From NCBI GenBank assembly GCA_013239625.1, contig MU053334.1, positions 372,001 to 436,000 on the forward strand: a stretch of 64,000 bases of DNA. Reading direction: 5' to 3'. The notes below the pieces were generated by a model, which was not told the DNA's origin, made no database searches, and saw nothing but the letters and a program-made list of their open reading frames with translations. A program made the position numbers and the translations under genes. This document shows positions 46,628-58,200 of the stretch, piece after piece. The stretch is from Lama guanicoe. Lineage: Eukaryota. Positions within the stretch are counted from its first letter, which is position 1. Each line of letters begins with the position of its first letter.

Positions 46628-48509
46628 ATAGGAATCCGAACAGTGTGGCATTAGCTCAAAGGCTGGCAAAGAGACCAGTGTCCCAGAAGGGAGAGTCCAG
46701 GAAACTCTCCCACGTGCACAACTAAATCTCCCCATCAGAGCAACACGCTGAAGCTAGGGCACCCTGTCAGGGAGGGAGCTGGAAGGACGGGTGTGCGTGA
46801 GCCGTGAACTCCAGGCCGTCCCTCACACCACATGCAAAAATTAAGTCAAAATGGATCGCATAGAACCTGAAAGCATGACACTGCTAGAGGAAAACGGAGG
46901 AGAAAGTGTTTGTGGCCTCGGGCTGGGCAGAGACTTCTTACCCGCCCCTGGCAGCACCGAGGCCCGGTCCCTGAAGGAGCAGTGATGAATCGGCCCTCTT
47001 CACGAGGCGCTGTTAAGGCGTCGAAAAAGCAAGCCACGGAGAGGAAGAGAAATATGTGCACAGCGTGTCTCCGGTAGAGGACTGGAATCTAGACGGCAGA
47101 GTCTCAGAGTTGAAAAAACACCCACCGAAATAGCCCAGCACGTAATTGTCCGAAGACGAGGGGACACTTTACCAAAGACGCGCAGGTGGTACGTGACCCG
47201 GGACAAGAGTCTCAGCTCCGCCTGTCAGCAGGGAAAAGCGAGTTCAAACCAGGACGAGAAGCCACCCTGGCCTCTCAGAGCCGCCAAAGCGGAGAAGACC
47301 GACTGTGCTCTTGGTGCCCATCGAGCTGTGGGGTCGGGGTGAGGGGGCCCGGGGGCCTGGGGGGCCGGCGCTCTCCCGCCGCAGAGGAGGGCAGGTGGGG
47401 GCTCCGCAGACTCCGGGCTAAGCGGGTCCGGACGCTGACTCGTGCACACACGCTCACGGCGGTTTTAGCGTGATGGCCTCAAACTGGAAACGGCCCAGCG
47501 TTCGCCAGCAGGCGAAGGAGTGAGCACACACTTTTGTTTGCACATGAAGGTCAAAAGGAACGCGCCACGGATGCCTGCAACAACGTGGGTGGGCTTCAGA
47601 CTGAAGATGCTGGGAGAAGCAGCCAGACGGTGAGGGCTGCGCGTGTACAGGCCCGGCCTCAGAGACCGCGAGGGACCGCGGGCAGGTCGGGCGGAGGCGG
47701 CACGAGGTTTCCCGGTGCTGCCGGTGGCGCTGCTTTCAGGCGTGCTCCGATGCCAGAACCGATCAAATCAGCACTTCAACGTGTGCAGTTCGTGGCGTCT
47801 CAATTACTCCTCAGCAAAGCTTAAAAAATACTGAGTTGGAGCTTTTAGACAAAGCCTTGTCCTGAGGTTTCCAGACCAGTGAATCAGAGCGTTTTCTGTG
47901 TTGCAACGTGAACGTCAGCCGTGCCTTATGACAGCTGCATTATATTCGAGAATTAACTTAGCAATTAGATGCCGAAAATCATCATAAAAATACTCAAGCC
48001 AAAACTACACTGATAGTAAAAAGACCGGTGTTGTAGGGGTCTGGGGAGGAGGGTGACGAGGTGGAGCTGGGGGATTTTAGGACAGTGGAATCTGTGACAC
48101 AGTAACGGGGGTGCAGGTCACTACGTATTTGTCGGAACCTACAGAACTTGGCGGCATAAAGAGTGACACTTGATATACGCAAAATGCAAGAGTTAATTAG
48201 CGGGTTGGGGGATCCCAGGATGACCCACAACCTAAGTGTGTTGCAAGTGCACGGAACCGCTTCACTGGGAGGGTGCAGGAAAGGGGGGCTCTGTCCTTGG
48301 GGAGCCCCTCCAGGAGGGAAGGAAGGAGAAGCAGATCCCTCCCCTGGGGCTGTGACAGCACCCGGGAACCTGGTTTCCTGTTGCTCAGCTGGGTGTCCCC
48401 AAAGGCACCAGGCAATCGTCTGAGAAATGGCCGCCCCACTGCCAAGTGGTGGGCAGCGTGGGCGGGGCCGAGAGGGCTCTCTGGGCCACTGTGAGTGGTC
48501 TCTGGCAGG

Positions 48510-48620
48510 GCGAGCTCGGGCAGAGCCTTCACCCTCTCTGCTCCTTGGTTTCCTTGTCTCTGGAATAAAGTAATGTGAGGGCCTGCCTTCTAAGGCTGTG
48601 GAGGGCTCTAATGAGGCAGG
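48510..48620. mobile_element. MIR-like relic
   Basis: CCTCTCTGCTCCTTGGTTTCCTTGTCTCTGGAATAAAG...GGCTGTGGAGGGCTCTAATGAG. Confidence 0.5.
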
Positions 48621-48734
48621 CGGGTGATCGAGACCTGGCTGCTGCCTGCACCTGACGAGCCCTTGCGGGGTGGGAGCCCTGTGGAGCTGCTACAGAAGGT
48701 CGCCCCACCCCTCCCAGAGATTCTGTTTATCTGT

Positions 48735-49040
48735 CTACCCACCAACCCACCCATTCATCCATCTGCCCATCCAGCCACCCACCCACATATCCATCCACCC
48801 ATCCATCCTACCATCCAAACACCCACCCATCCATCCACTCACCCAACCACACATCCGTCCACACATCTACACATTGATCTATCCAAACATCCATCCACCC
48901 ACCAGTCCATCACCACCCATCTAACACCACCCACCAGCCATCCATCCACCCATCTGCCCATCCAGCCACCCATCCAGCCACCCATCCACCCATCCATCCA
49001 CCCTCCCACCTGTCTGTTTACCTACCCACTCACCCACCCA
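48735..49040. repeat. Degenerate (CCAT/CCAC)n simple repeat
   Basis: Visible tetramer periodicity. Confidence 0.9.
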
Positions 49041-51869
49041 GAAGCAAAGTTATTGAGTGTCTACTATGACACTAGCCCATGGAGGAGCCCACGGAGGATG
49101 CTGTCCTCGAGGTGCTCACAGCCTGATGGACAGCAGTGGCTACACAGGGCAGTGAGGTTGGTGACAGGACAACGATTGGGTAAGGACCAGGTCTCAAGAT
49201 GGGAGTAACTGGAAGGTGACTGACCTCCTGAGGTGCAGTGACGCTATACCCCCAAGTAGGCTGTGTCAGTGGCATCTGCTCAGTGGAGCTGGGCTGACCT
49301 AGCCCCTCCCCTCTCCTCTCCCACTTCCCGATGAGTCAGGCCTTGCGGACTGACCACAGTGGGACAGTCATCTTCGGCTGTGTTTTGTGGCATGTCCGTG
49401 GCCTCCTCCCTGTGGTCAAGATGTAATTTGTGTAATCCTTGGGAACGGTGTCTGTCAGGGTAAACACTGCTGGGTGTGTGGCCTTGGGAGGGGCAAGGCT
49501 GAGGTGGCCCGCAGTGGCCCGGGGCCTGAGCAGGTGGGGACCTGTGCCTTGGGCTGGCTCTGGGCCCCGTGGGGGTCAGCCCCTCAGCCAGCCTTGGTTG
49601 TGGCTGGGCAGGACGGTGTCCTGGTGGCCCTTGGGCATCTCAGCCTAGTCACAGACAGACACTTGGCGGTTTCCTAAACTCTCCGTCACTGAGGGCATGG
49701 GGTTCCTGGTGGGGCAGGAACGGAACTCCAGCTGCACAGAGGCCAGTGGTCCTCTCCCCGCATCCGTGAGAATTAAAGTGATGGATGGACGTGTCTAAGC
49801 ACCGGTGTCCGCAGCCCTCTGTGGGTACGCTCCACTGACTCACCTGCAAGGGGCCCGACAGGGCTGCGTTCGCCGGAGAAGCCCGGGGGCCGGGAGACTG
49901 ACCAGCCCACCCCGCTGCCGCCCGCCAGCTCCGCCCACCCGGCCCCTCTGCACGCACCCCGTCCCGGGAGGGCTGACGTCCCTGCTCACGGCCCCACCTG
50001 AGATCCTGCGACGGTGCCAAGAGGGTGTGAAGGTCAGCCCCCTGGGCCTCGGGCCACCACCGCTGCCCCAGCCAGAGGGTCCCCAGGGCCGAGCACTGAG
50101 ACCCAGGAGGACCCCAAACCTCGCAATCCCGGGAGGACCCTGCCCTCTCAGACTCCAGGCTGTGCTGGGCGGCCTGGTCGGGCCAGGGTTTCTCCAGCCC
50201 TCACCAGGGTTAGAGGGAGCCTGGCGTGGACAATCACCGCCCGGGAGGCCGCAGAGAGCGCCCCGTCCTTGGGTTTCCCCAGGGCTCGGTGCCAGCCTGC
50301 GCGGCCCCCGCAGGGAAGGACACCCTGGGCCTGCCGGTCCAGCCAGCTCTGGTTGCTAATCCCTGCTCCTGGCTCCAGCGACACACTGTCCCCCGCGTGC
50401 CCGGGTCCCTGGGTCCCTGCAGGGAGGACGGTCTCTGAGCCTGGGGCTGGCAGCCCAGGGGCACAGGACGAGGGGCTTTACCCGGGGCCCCCGGGGAGCA
50501 TCAGGCCCGGGAACCTTGGCTCCCGGTCACCCTCTCGGACCCTCGGGCTGCTTGTCCCTGGATGCCCTTCCACCACGGGGCCCTCGGAACCATCAGGTGG
50601 TGTGAGCAGAGCTCCTGGCTCTGGGCACTACTGCTGTGACATGGAGGTCGTGTCTGCAGAGGAAGAGAGCCCGGGAGGGGCAGGGCCGAGGCTCCCACAG
50701 CAGCCGGGCTCTGGCCTCTCGCCGGTCACTGCCCCAGCGGGGAGCCTGCGCCAGGGAAGCGGGGCATCCCATTGCCCCCACAGGGGGCGGCCCGTTTGTC
50801 CAGTCTCTGCTATGTCGAGCTGAAGCTCTCTCACTTGGCCCTGAACCTCGGGGACCACTAGATTAGAATCGTGGCTCCTCCCATGATGTGAGCTGGTCCA
50901 GCCTCCTGCTGGCAAAGGCAAAAGCAAATTCAGGGTCCAGTGTGTTTCAGGAGGGAGACAGTGTAGGGAGGACAGGCTCCCTGACCTCAGATTACCCACC
51001 GGTGACACGGGTGCGCGCCCAGCGTTGTCAAGGTTTGGGGCCAGCCTGGTTGAGACACCTCGGCCTCCAGGCCTTTCTGGGCTCAGCTGGGAGGGTCTGG
51101 GATTCAGCAGAGGCACCAGCTCCGCCTGGGGGCAGGGCCCTCTTCCCATGTGAGCTGTGGCCCAGAAGCACCTGCTCAGGGGCCCTGGCCTCTGCTCTGG
51201 GTCCTCCCCACCGTCCCGGGGAGGCTGCGGGGCGGGGTCTGTGCTGGGTTGGGGGCTGCCCGCCACCAGCAGCGGCAGCTCTGGTGCCTGCCCGGCCACG
51301 TCCGGGCCCCAACCTCATGGCCCTCAGGGACGGCCACTCGCCGCCTCGAGCCAGGCGCCCGGGCCCCAGAGGACGTGATTCCGTTAAAGCGCCCCCGGGC
51401 TGGGCTCCCCAAATTCCAATTACATGGAACTGCAGAGGAGGGCTGGGTCTGGGGAAGGAGGGGTTAGATGGCGGGCTGGAGCCGGGGCCCCCGCGAAGCC
51501 CAGGGAGCGACGGGAAGGAGTCCGCGCCAAAGCGGGGCGGCCCCTGGACCCCCCGGGAGCCCACACCCTCCCTGCCCTGGGAGCTGGGTGCAGGGAGGGC
51601 AGCCCCCACTGCCACCCCGCCAGAGCTCAGGCCCCTGGTCGGGGAGGCTGGGGCCCAGGCAAGGTGGGAGGGGAGATTCCACACCAGGCGGTGATCCGTC
51701 AGGGCCCCCTGGGAGACATCTCCCCGGACCGTTGCGGTGCTGGGGCCCTGGACGCCTGGGGTGGGCGCCCTGGGGACCGTGCCACCTGCCAGGACCTGCT
51801 TCTGGAAGAATCCATGGCCTGGGCCTGGTTCTCTTAGCGGCAGGGAGGGACCGAGGTCTGCCTTGGGTG

Positions 51870-52138
51870 TGAGCTGGAATTGGGTAATTGGGGCCGCTCC
51901 ACCCTGAGCAGAGCCAGCTCTGCCCAGGGAGCAGTAAAAAGATAAAGCTCAGATAACCTGAATCAATATTTCCCCACGGTGGCCCGTGGAGACCCCACAG
52001 CTGTTTTCTTGATAACCCGCAAGGCCCCACCCACCCTTCGCCCCTCCCAGGCCCTCCCCGCGCTCTGACAGCCCTGCTGGGCCATATAAGGCCCGGACCC
52101 CTGCCCCAGTCGCTCTCCCATACCACCCTCCGGCCACC
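51870..52138 (+). promoter_or_regulatory. MUC2 proximal promoter: three GATA sites, CDX-like and forkhead-like motifs, CACCC boxes, TATA box (TATAAG, about 52085-52090), optimal Kozak GCCACCATGG
   Basis: AGATAA near 51940 and 51951, TGATAA near 52010, CAGTAAAA, TCAATATTT, CCCCACCCACCC. Confidence 0.75.
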
Positions 52139-52214
52139 ATGGGGCTGCCACTAGCCCGCCTGGTGGCCCTCTGCTTGGCCCTGACCTGGGCCGAGGGCAC
52201 GGGGTCCCAGAGAG
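52139..52214 (+). CDS. MUC2: MUC2 exon 1 (signal peptide)
   Basis: [25 protein letters not shown]; donor GTGAGA. Confidence 0.93.
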
Positions 52215-55200
52215 GTGAGAGCGGTGTGGGCGGGAAGGGCCGGCAGCCCAGAGCCCACGTCCTAGCGGGGAGGGCGAGGTTCTGTTCCTCCGCCCGGGCT
52301 TCGGGTGGATGCCCGGGCCAGGCATTCTGCAGCCCCCACGTTGCTGACTTTGGGTGGAGGGAAGGAAGGCTGACTTGGGTTCCCAGCATCCTTTTGAAGG
52401 TGGTCGCCCGGCCAGAGTGTGTCTGGAGACAGTCCCCGGGGGACACACGGGGCTGGGCTGCTGTGTGGGGGTGTGCGGGAGGCAGGGGCCGGCCAGGAGG
52501 GGCCAGGCGGGGGAGGCCCACCTCCCGGGTATTAGGGGCTTTGGATGTTCAAGGGCAAGATGGCCCTTCTGCAGAGAGGGCTGTTTGGACAGAAAAGACC
52601 CTGGGATAGTAGGAGGGGCCATCTCTATCCCAGCTGGGCTGCTGGGGAGAAAGCCGGGCAGGGGGCCTGGCGCCCTGTGGACGAGCAGGGCGGGGCTCCC
52701 TCTGAGGGCCCCGGCACCATCTTGCTGCTGGACGAGGGTCGGCTGGAGCGGTGGAGGATGCTGCACGGGGCACGGATGGACGGAGTGTGGCAGGGGCTGG
52801 GAGGGGGGCGCTCTGGGCCAGGCTGACAGGATGCCTAGAGCCCCCAAGTCCCCGCTCAGCACACGGCCTCGTCCCCGCAAGGGCTGGGTGGGGTCTTGGG
52901 GGAACCCCTTTCAGGGGGCAAGACCTGGTGGGCGGGATGACCAAGGCCCAGCCCCTGCAGGGGACCTCCACGGTGGCCCTGAGATTTGGCAGGGCACCTC
53001 CAGAGGGTCCCTGTTGGCCAGGGCTGCTCACGCCTCCCCCCGCGGCGCCCCCAGGAGGCAGAACCCGGAACCACGGCCACAGCGTGTGCAGCACCTGGGG
53101 CGACTTCCACTACAAGACCTTCGACGGCGATGTCTTCCGCTTCCCCGGCCTGTGCGACTACAACTTCGCCTCCGACTGCCGGGACGCCTACAAGGAGTTC
53201 GCTGTGCACCTGAAACGGGGCCCCGGCCGCAGCGGGGGCCACCCCCAGATCGAGTACATCCTGCTGACCGTCAAGGACGACACCATTTACCTCACCCCGC
53301 AGCTCGCTGTGGTGAACGGGGCCATGTGAGTGGGCCAGGCAGGGTCCCCCGCCAGGTCCAGTGACGTGGCCGCCCGGTCCCAAGAGCATGGGCGAACCCG
53401 GCCAGGCCCCCAGCGCCCCATCCCCTAGCCCAGCGTGCCCTGCACCCCCAGCCGGCACGGCCCCCGTGGGCCCCTGTATCTGGCACACAGCTAAGGAGAG
53501 TGCTGGCGCGTGAAACCAGGTCCCTGATTCATTCCGCAAACACTGATGAGCCCCTACCAGAAAGCCCCCTGGCTGAGGGACTGGGGGTGCTCAAGGGCTT
53601 TCTTCACCCTGTGGGTCTCCTACAGCCCCCGTGCTGGGTGCCCACCAGGCTCTGGGCGCGGCCGGCCTGGTGTGGGTGGCCAAAGCTTGGGGTACAGGAG
53701 CTGGGCGGGGCGGCCACCCTGCTCTGTTCCCCCGTTGTCTCTGGCACAATGGGGCTCTGAGGGCATTCCTGTCCAGCGGGTTCCCCACCTACAGGGTTCG
53801 TCCTTTCCCTGAGGCGTGGGGGACTTTTGTTTCCCTGCAGAGGCTGCAGCCGAGGGGCCCCTGGCTGAGGGTGGGGGAGGGCATGGGGCCCAGAGGCAGT
53901 TTGGGTGGGCACGGGCCCGCCCTGGGCGATGGGGTGGGCAGGGGAAGCCCCCACCAGGGTGCAGCCTGGCCCTCCATCCTCCCGGGGGGCCCGCCCAGAA
54001 CAGAGCCCGTGGAGGGAGTGTGGCTCTGCCTGGGACCAGGAGGCCCGGGGGCGGTCAGCGCCTAGCTTCAGCCTCCGGCTGGGCGGGTGCTGTGTGTCCT
54101 TGTCTGACCTGTGCCCCCTGCAGGGTCAGCACCCCGCACTACAGCTCTGGGCTGCTCATCGAGAAGAGTGACGCCTACACCAAGGTCTACTCCCGCACCG
54201 GCCTCGCGCTCATGTGGGACCGGGAGGACTCACTCATGGTGCGTGGGGCCCGAGTCACAGGCGGGGACGGCCCCTCCACGGGCCGGGGGACCCCAGGGGA
54301 CACAAGGCGGGGTCGGGGAGGCGTGGCTGGAGCACTCTGTGGCCTTGTTGCTGGTGGAGAGGCCAGCGGCACGGGGGCCACTTTGCCACCCAGTGGGTGG
54401 TCCCTCCCGGCTGGGGTGGGGGCAGGCCCTGTCCCTCCCCAAACCCCTTCTGTTCCTCTGCGAGGACGGGACAGCCCTGGCTGACCCCAGCTGTCCACCG
54501 CAGCTGATGCCCTTTGAACAAGGTTCTGAGGCCAGCCCGGCCCTGGGGGTTGGGGGGCTCGCCCTGGCTGCCCGGGACCCGGTGTCCTGCTGCCCCATGA
54601 CCTGCTCCCCTTCCCCCGACCCCCGACAGCTGGAGCTGGACAGTAAGTTCCAGAACCACACGTGTGGCCTCTGCGGGGACTACAACGGCCTGCAGACCTA
54701 CTCTGAGTTCCTCTCCGATGGTGAGGGCCTTCTGGGGGCTTGGTGTGTGGGGTGTGGGCAGGCTCCCGGGTGCCCCTGCTGAAGGGCTGTGCCCCGCAGG
54801 CGTGCTCTTCAGCCCCATCGAGTTTGGGAACCTGCAGAAGATCAACAAGCCCGAGGTGGTGTGTGAAGACCCGGAGGAGGTGCCAGTCTCCGAGTCCTGC
54901 TCTGAGCACGTGAGTCGCTGGCCTGGGACCCAGACCCAGGGGAGGAGCCGTTCCCGGGGAGGAGCCCGTGGGGGCGGTGCCCGCGCCTCTCCCCTGAGAG
55001 CCAGCATCCTCTGGCCTACTTGGCTGCTTGGGAGGCCGCCACCTGCGAGCAGCGTGGAGGGGAGGGGGGCGCGAGCAGCTCCCCCGTCACCCGTCTCCCC
55101 CCCCACCCCCCCGCCAGCGCGCCGAGTGCGAGAGCCTGCTGACGGGCACGGCCTTCGAGGACTGCCAGGGCCTGGTGCCGCTGCAGCCGTACGTGCAGGC

Positions 55201-58200
55201 CTGCATGCAGGACCGCTGCCAGTGCGTGCAGGGCGGCTCCTGCGTCTGCAGCACCGTCGCTGAGTTCTCCCGCCAGTGCTCCCATGCCGGCGGGCGGCCC
55301 GGGAACTGGAGGACAGCCACGCTCTGCGGTAAGCACCCAGCCTCCGGCCCGGGGTCGGGGGCCAGGGCCCTCTTGGCCCTCGGGGTCGATCCCCGGGGAG
55401 TGCCGTGCCCTGGACCGGAGCCACATGTGTGCCGACCCAGCGGCGTTCTTTACGGGCAGGGTGGGAGGCAGGCACAGACCCTTGGGGGTGCCCCCGCCTC
55501 CCTGCTCCGCCCCTCGGGTAGGTGGGGGCTCAGGGTCCAGCCTTCGCCCTTCTAGCTAAGAGCTGCCCCGGGAACATGGTGTACCTGGAGAGCGGCTCGC
55601 CCTGCGTGGACACCTGCTCGCACCTGGAGGTCAGCAGCCTGTGTGAGGAGCACCGCATGGACGGCTGTTTCTGCCCGGAAGGTGAGAGCCAGGACGCCTG
55701 CGGGGCGGCTGGGTGGAGGGGCCCGCCGAGTGCCACTCGGCCTGAGCGCGGTGGGTGTGCGGGCTCGCCGCCCAGGCCTCAGTTGTCAGCTGCGCTGAGG
55801 GGACAGTGACGGCACGGTGCCCCCCACGGAGATCAGGGGACAAGGCCCAGGTAGAGGGGACAGAAGTCCTGGAGACCCTCCCCCAAGGGACACACTGTGT
55901 CCTCAGGGAGTCGGACGGAGGGCCGCCTTACGCGTCACTCCCGGAGGACAGGCTCTGAGCCCCGAGGCAGGTCCCTGACCAGCGCTGTGTGGGAACCGCA
56001 GCTGTCCCCCAGGGACCAGGGGTGCCTGCGGGCGGGAGGGCCGCCTGGCAGCCGCATCTCAGAAATTCTGGCACTTCTCGATGCTGGCCCCCAGCTGCAG
56101 TCCTGGGAACAGCAGGCCCTCCAGGGTGATACTGGCACTTTTGGGGCCAGCTGAGTGTGAACATCCCGCCCACCTGTCCCAGGCACTGTGTACGACGACG
56201 TCGCGGGCGGCGGCTGCATCCCCGTGAGCCAGTGCCACTGTAAACTTCACGGGCGCCTGTACAAGCCCGGCGAGCAGATCACCAGCCACTGCGAGCAGTG
56301 GTGGGTCCTGGCGTGGGAGCTGGGGGTCCCGTTGTCGGGGCTGGGGTCCTGGTGGGGAGCTGGTGTGTCCTGGGGTTGGAGATGGGTGTGCCAGGGTGGG
56401 AGCTGGGGGTCCCTGGGTCGGGGCTGTGGTTCCAATGGGAGCTGGGAGTCCTGGGGTCAGGGCTGGGGTTCAGGTGGGGCTGGAAGTCCTGGGGTTGGGG
56501 CTGGGGTTGAGGTGGGGTCTGTGGGTCCCTAAGTCAGGGCTGGGGCTCAGGTGGGGTCTGGGAGTCCTGGGGTCGGGGCTCGGGTTTTGGGGCATGAGCT
56601 GGTTGGTGCGCAGGTCTTGAGGTTGGGCTAGGGACCCAGTAGTGGCAGCTGGGGGTCCCGGGGTCTGGGGATGGGGGTCCCAGGGAGAGAGCTGGTGGAT
56701 GCTGGGGCTGAGGCCTGGGTCCTGGGTTTGGGGCTGCGGTCCCAGGTTGGCAGCTGGGGGTCCTGGGGCTGGGCATGGGGGTCTCAGGGAGGGAGCTCGT
56801 GGGTCGTGGGGTTGAGGCCTGGGTCCTGGGTTTGGGGCTGCGGTCCCAGGTTGGGAGCTAGTGGGTGCTGGGGCTTTGGCTTGGGTCCTGGGGTGAGAGC
56901 TGGTGGGTCCTGGGGTCGGGAACGGGGGTCTCGGCAGACAGGAGTGGCAGACGAGCCTGACCCTGGCCCCGCTGCCGCCCCACAGTGAATGCGACGCTGG
57001 CCGCTGGGTGTGCGCAGACCTGCAGTGTCCCGGGACCTGTGCCCTGGAGGGCGGCGCCCACATCAGCACGTTCGACGGCAGGAAGTACACCTTCCACGGG
57101 GACTGTTACTATGTGCTGACCAAGGTGGGCTGCCGCTCGGGCAGGCTTGCGGAAGGGAGCTCGAGACCCCCGCCCTCTCCCGCCCCCCAGGCCCTGTGCG
57201 GCTGCAACGCCCTCTGCCCTCCCCGCAGGATGCCCACAACGACTCCTACGCCGTCCTGGGCGAGCTGACGTCCTGCGGCTCCAGTGACAAGCAGACCTGC
57301 CTGAAGACGGTGGTGCTGCTGGCCGACAGCAAGAAGAACGTGAGTGCCCCGTCCCCTGCCGTCCCCGCGGCCCCGGGGTCCCCAGGGCCCTGCTCAGTCC
57401 CCCTCCGTCCCCTTGGCCTTGTCCACAGGTGGTGGCCTTCAAGTCGGACGGCAGCGTCCTGCTGAATGAGCTGCAGGTGAACCTGCCCCACGTGACGGGT
57501 GAGTCCTGCTCCGGGCGCGCCTCCCCCGGTGCGGGTGGGGGTGGGGGGAGGGCAGCACCCGCACCCCGGCACCGGCCCCTCACCGCCCGTGCCTTGCAGC
57601 CAGCTTCTCCATCTTCCAACCGTCCTCCCACCACCTGCTGGTGAGCACGGCCTTCGGCCTCAGGCTGCAGGTGCAGCTGCTGCCGGTCATGCAGCTCTTC
57701 CTGACGCTGGAACCAGCCGCCCAGGGGCACGTGCAGGGTGAGTGGCCCCGCCCGGCCCCCCGGGGAGGCTGCCCAGGGGCCTGCCCCCCCCCACCCCTGA
57801 CCCTTCCCAACCCAATCCTGGCCCCTCAGGCCTCTGCGGGAACTTCAACGGCCTTGAGGGTGACGACTTCCAGACGGCGGGCGGGCTGGTGGAGGCCACG
57901 GGCGCCGGCTTCGCCAACACCTGGAAGGCCCAGTCCAGCTGCCAGGACAAGGTGGACTGGCTGGACGACCCCTGCTCCCTCAGCATCGAGAGCGGTGAGG
58001 CTCGGCCCGAGGCACATGGGGTTCGCGGGGGGACGTGGCATGCGGGTGGGGTGTGGGGGTGACACTGTCCACTCCGCTCGGCCAGACCGTCCACCTGCTG
58101 CTTCTGCCTTGCGGCTGGTTTACCGTGGCCCACCATGGCATTCCGCCAAGTGACATGGCAGAGGGGCCGCGCCTGCTAGCCACTGGGTGGTGGTCCCCAT

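Larger units (their letters stand above)
43100..48250 (+). mobile_element. Decayed sense-strand L1 (ORF2 to 3' end) carrying nested insertions
   Basis: ORF2-like phrases: CCCCCGGGCCCTGACGGCTTCACTG (PGPDGFT), AATCGAATCCAGCAAC, GATGCAGAAAGAAGCA, GTAGAAATTGATAAATTGAT, CTCACACCACATGCAAAAATTAA; multiple disruptions. Confidence 0.8.

Noticed and set aside
48624-49208. His/Pro-rich 194-aa ORF
   Set aside because: Translation of a (CCAT/CCAC)n simple repeat.
21941-52138. A third protein-coding or mucin-like gene among the many intergenic ORFs
   Set aside because: No VWD or Cys-pattern exons and no coherent exon chain were found. The ORFs overlap repeats or reflect stop-codon scarcity.
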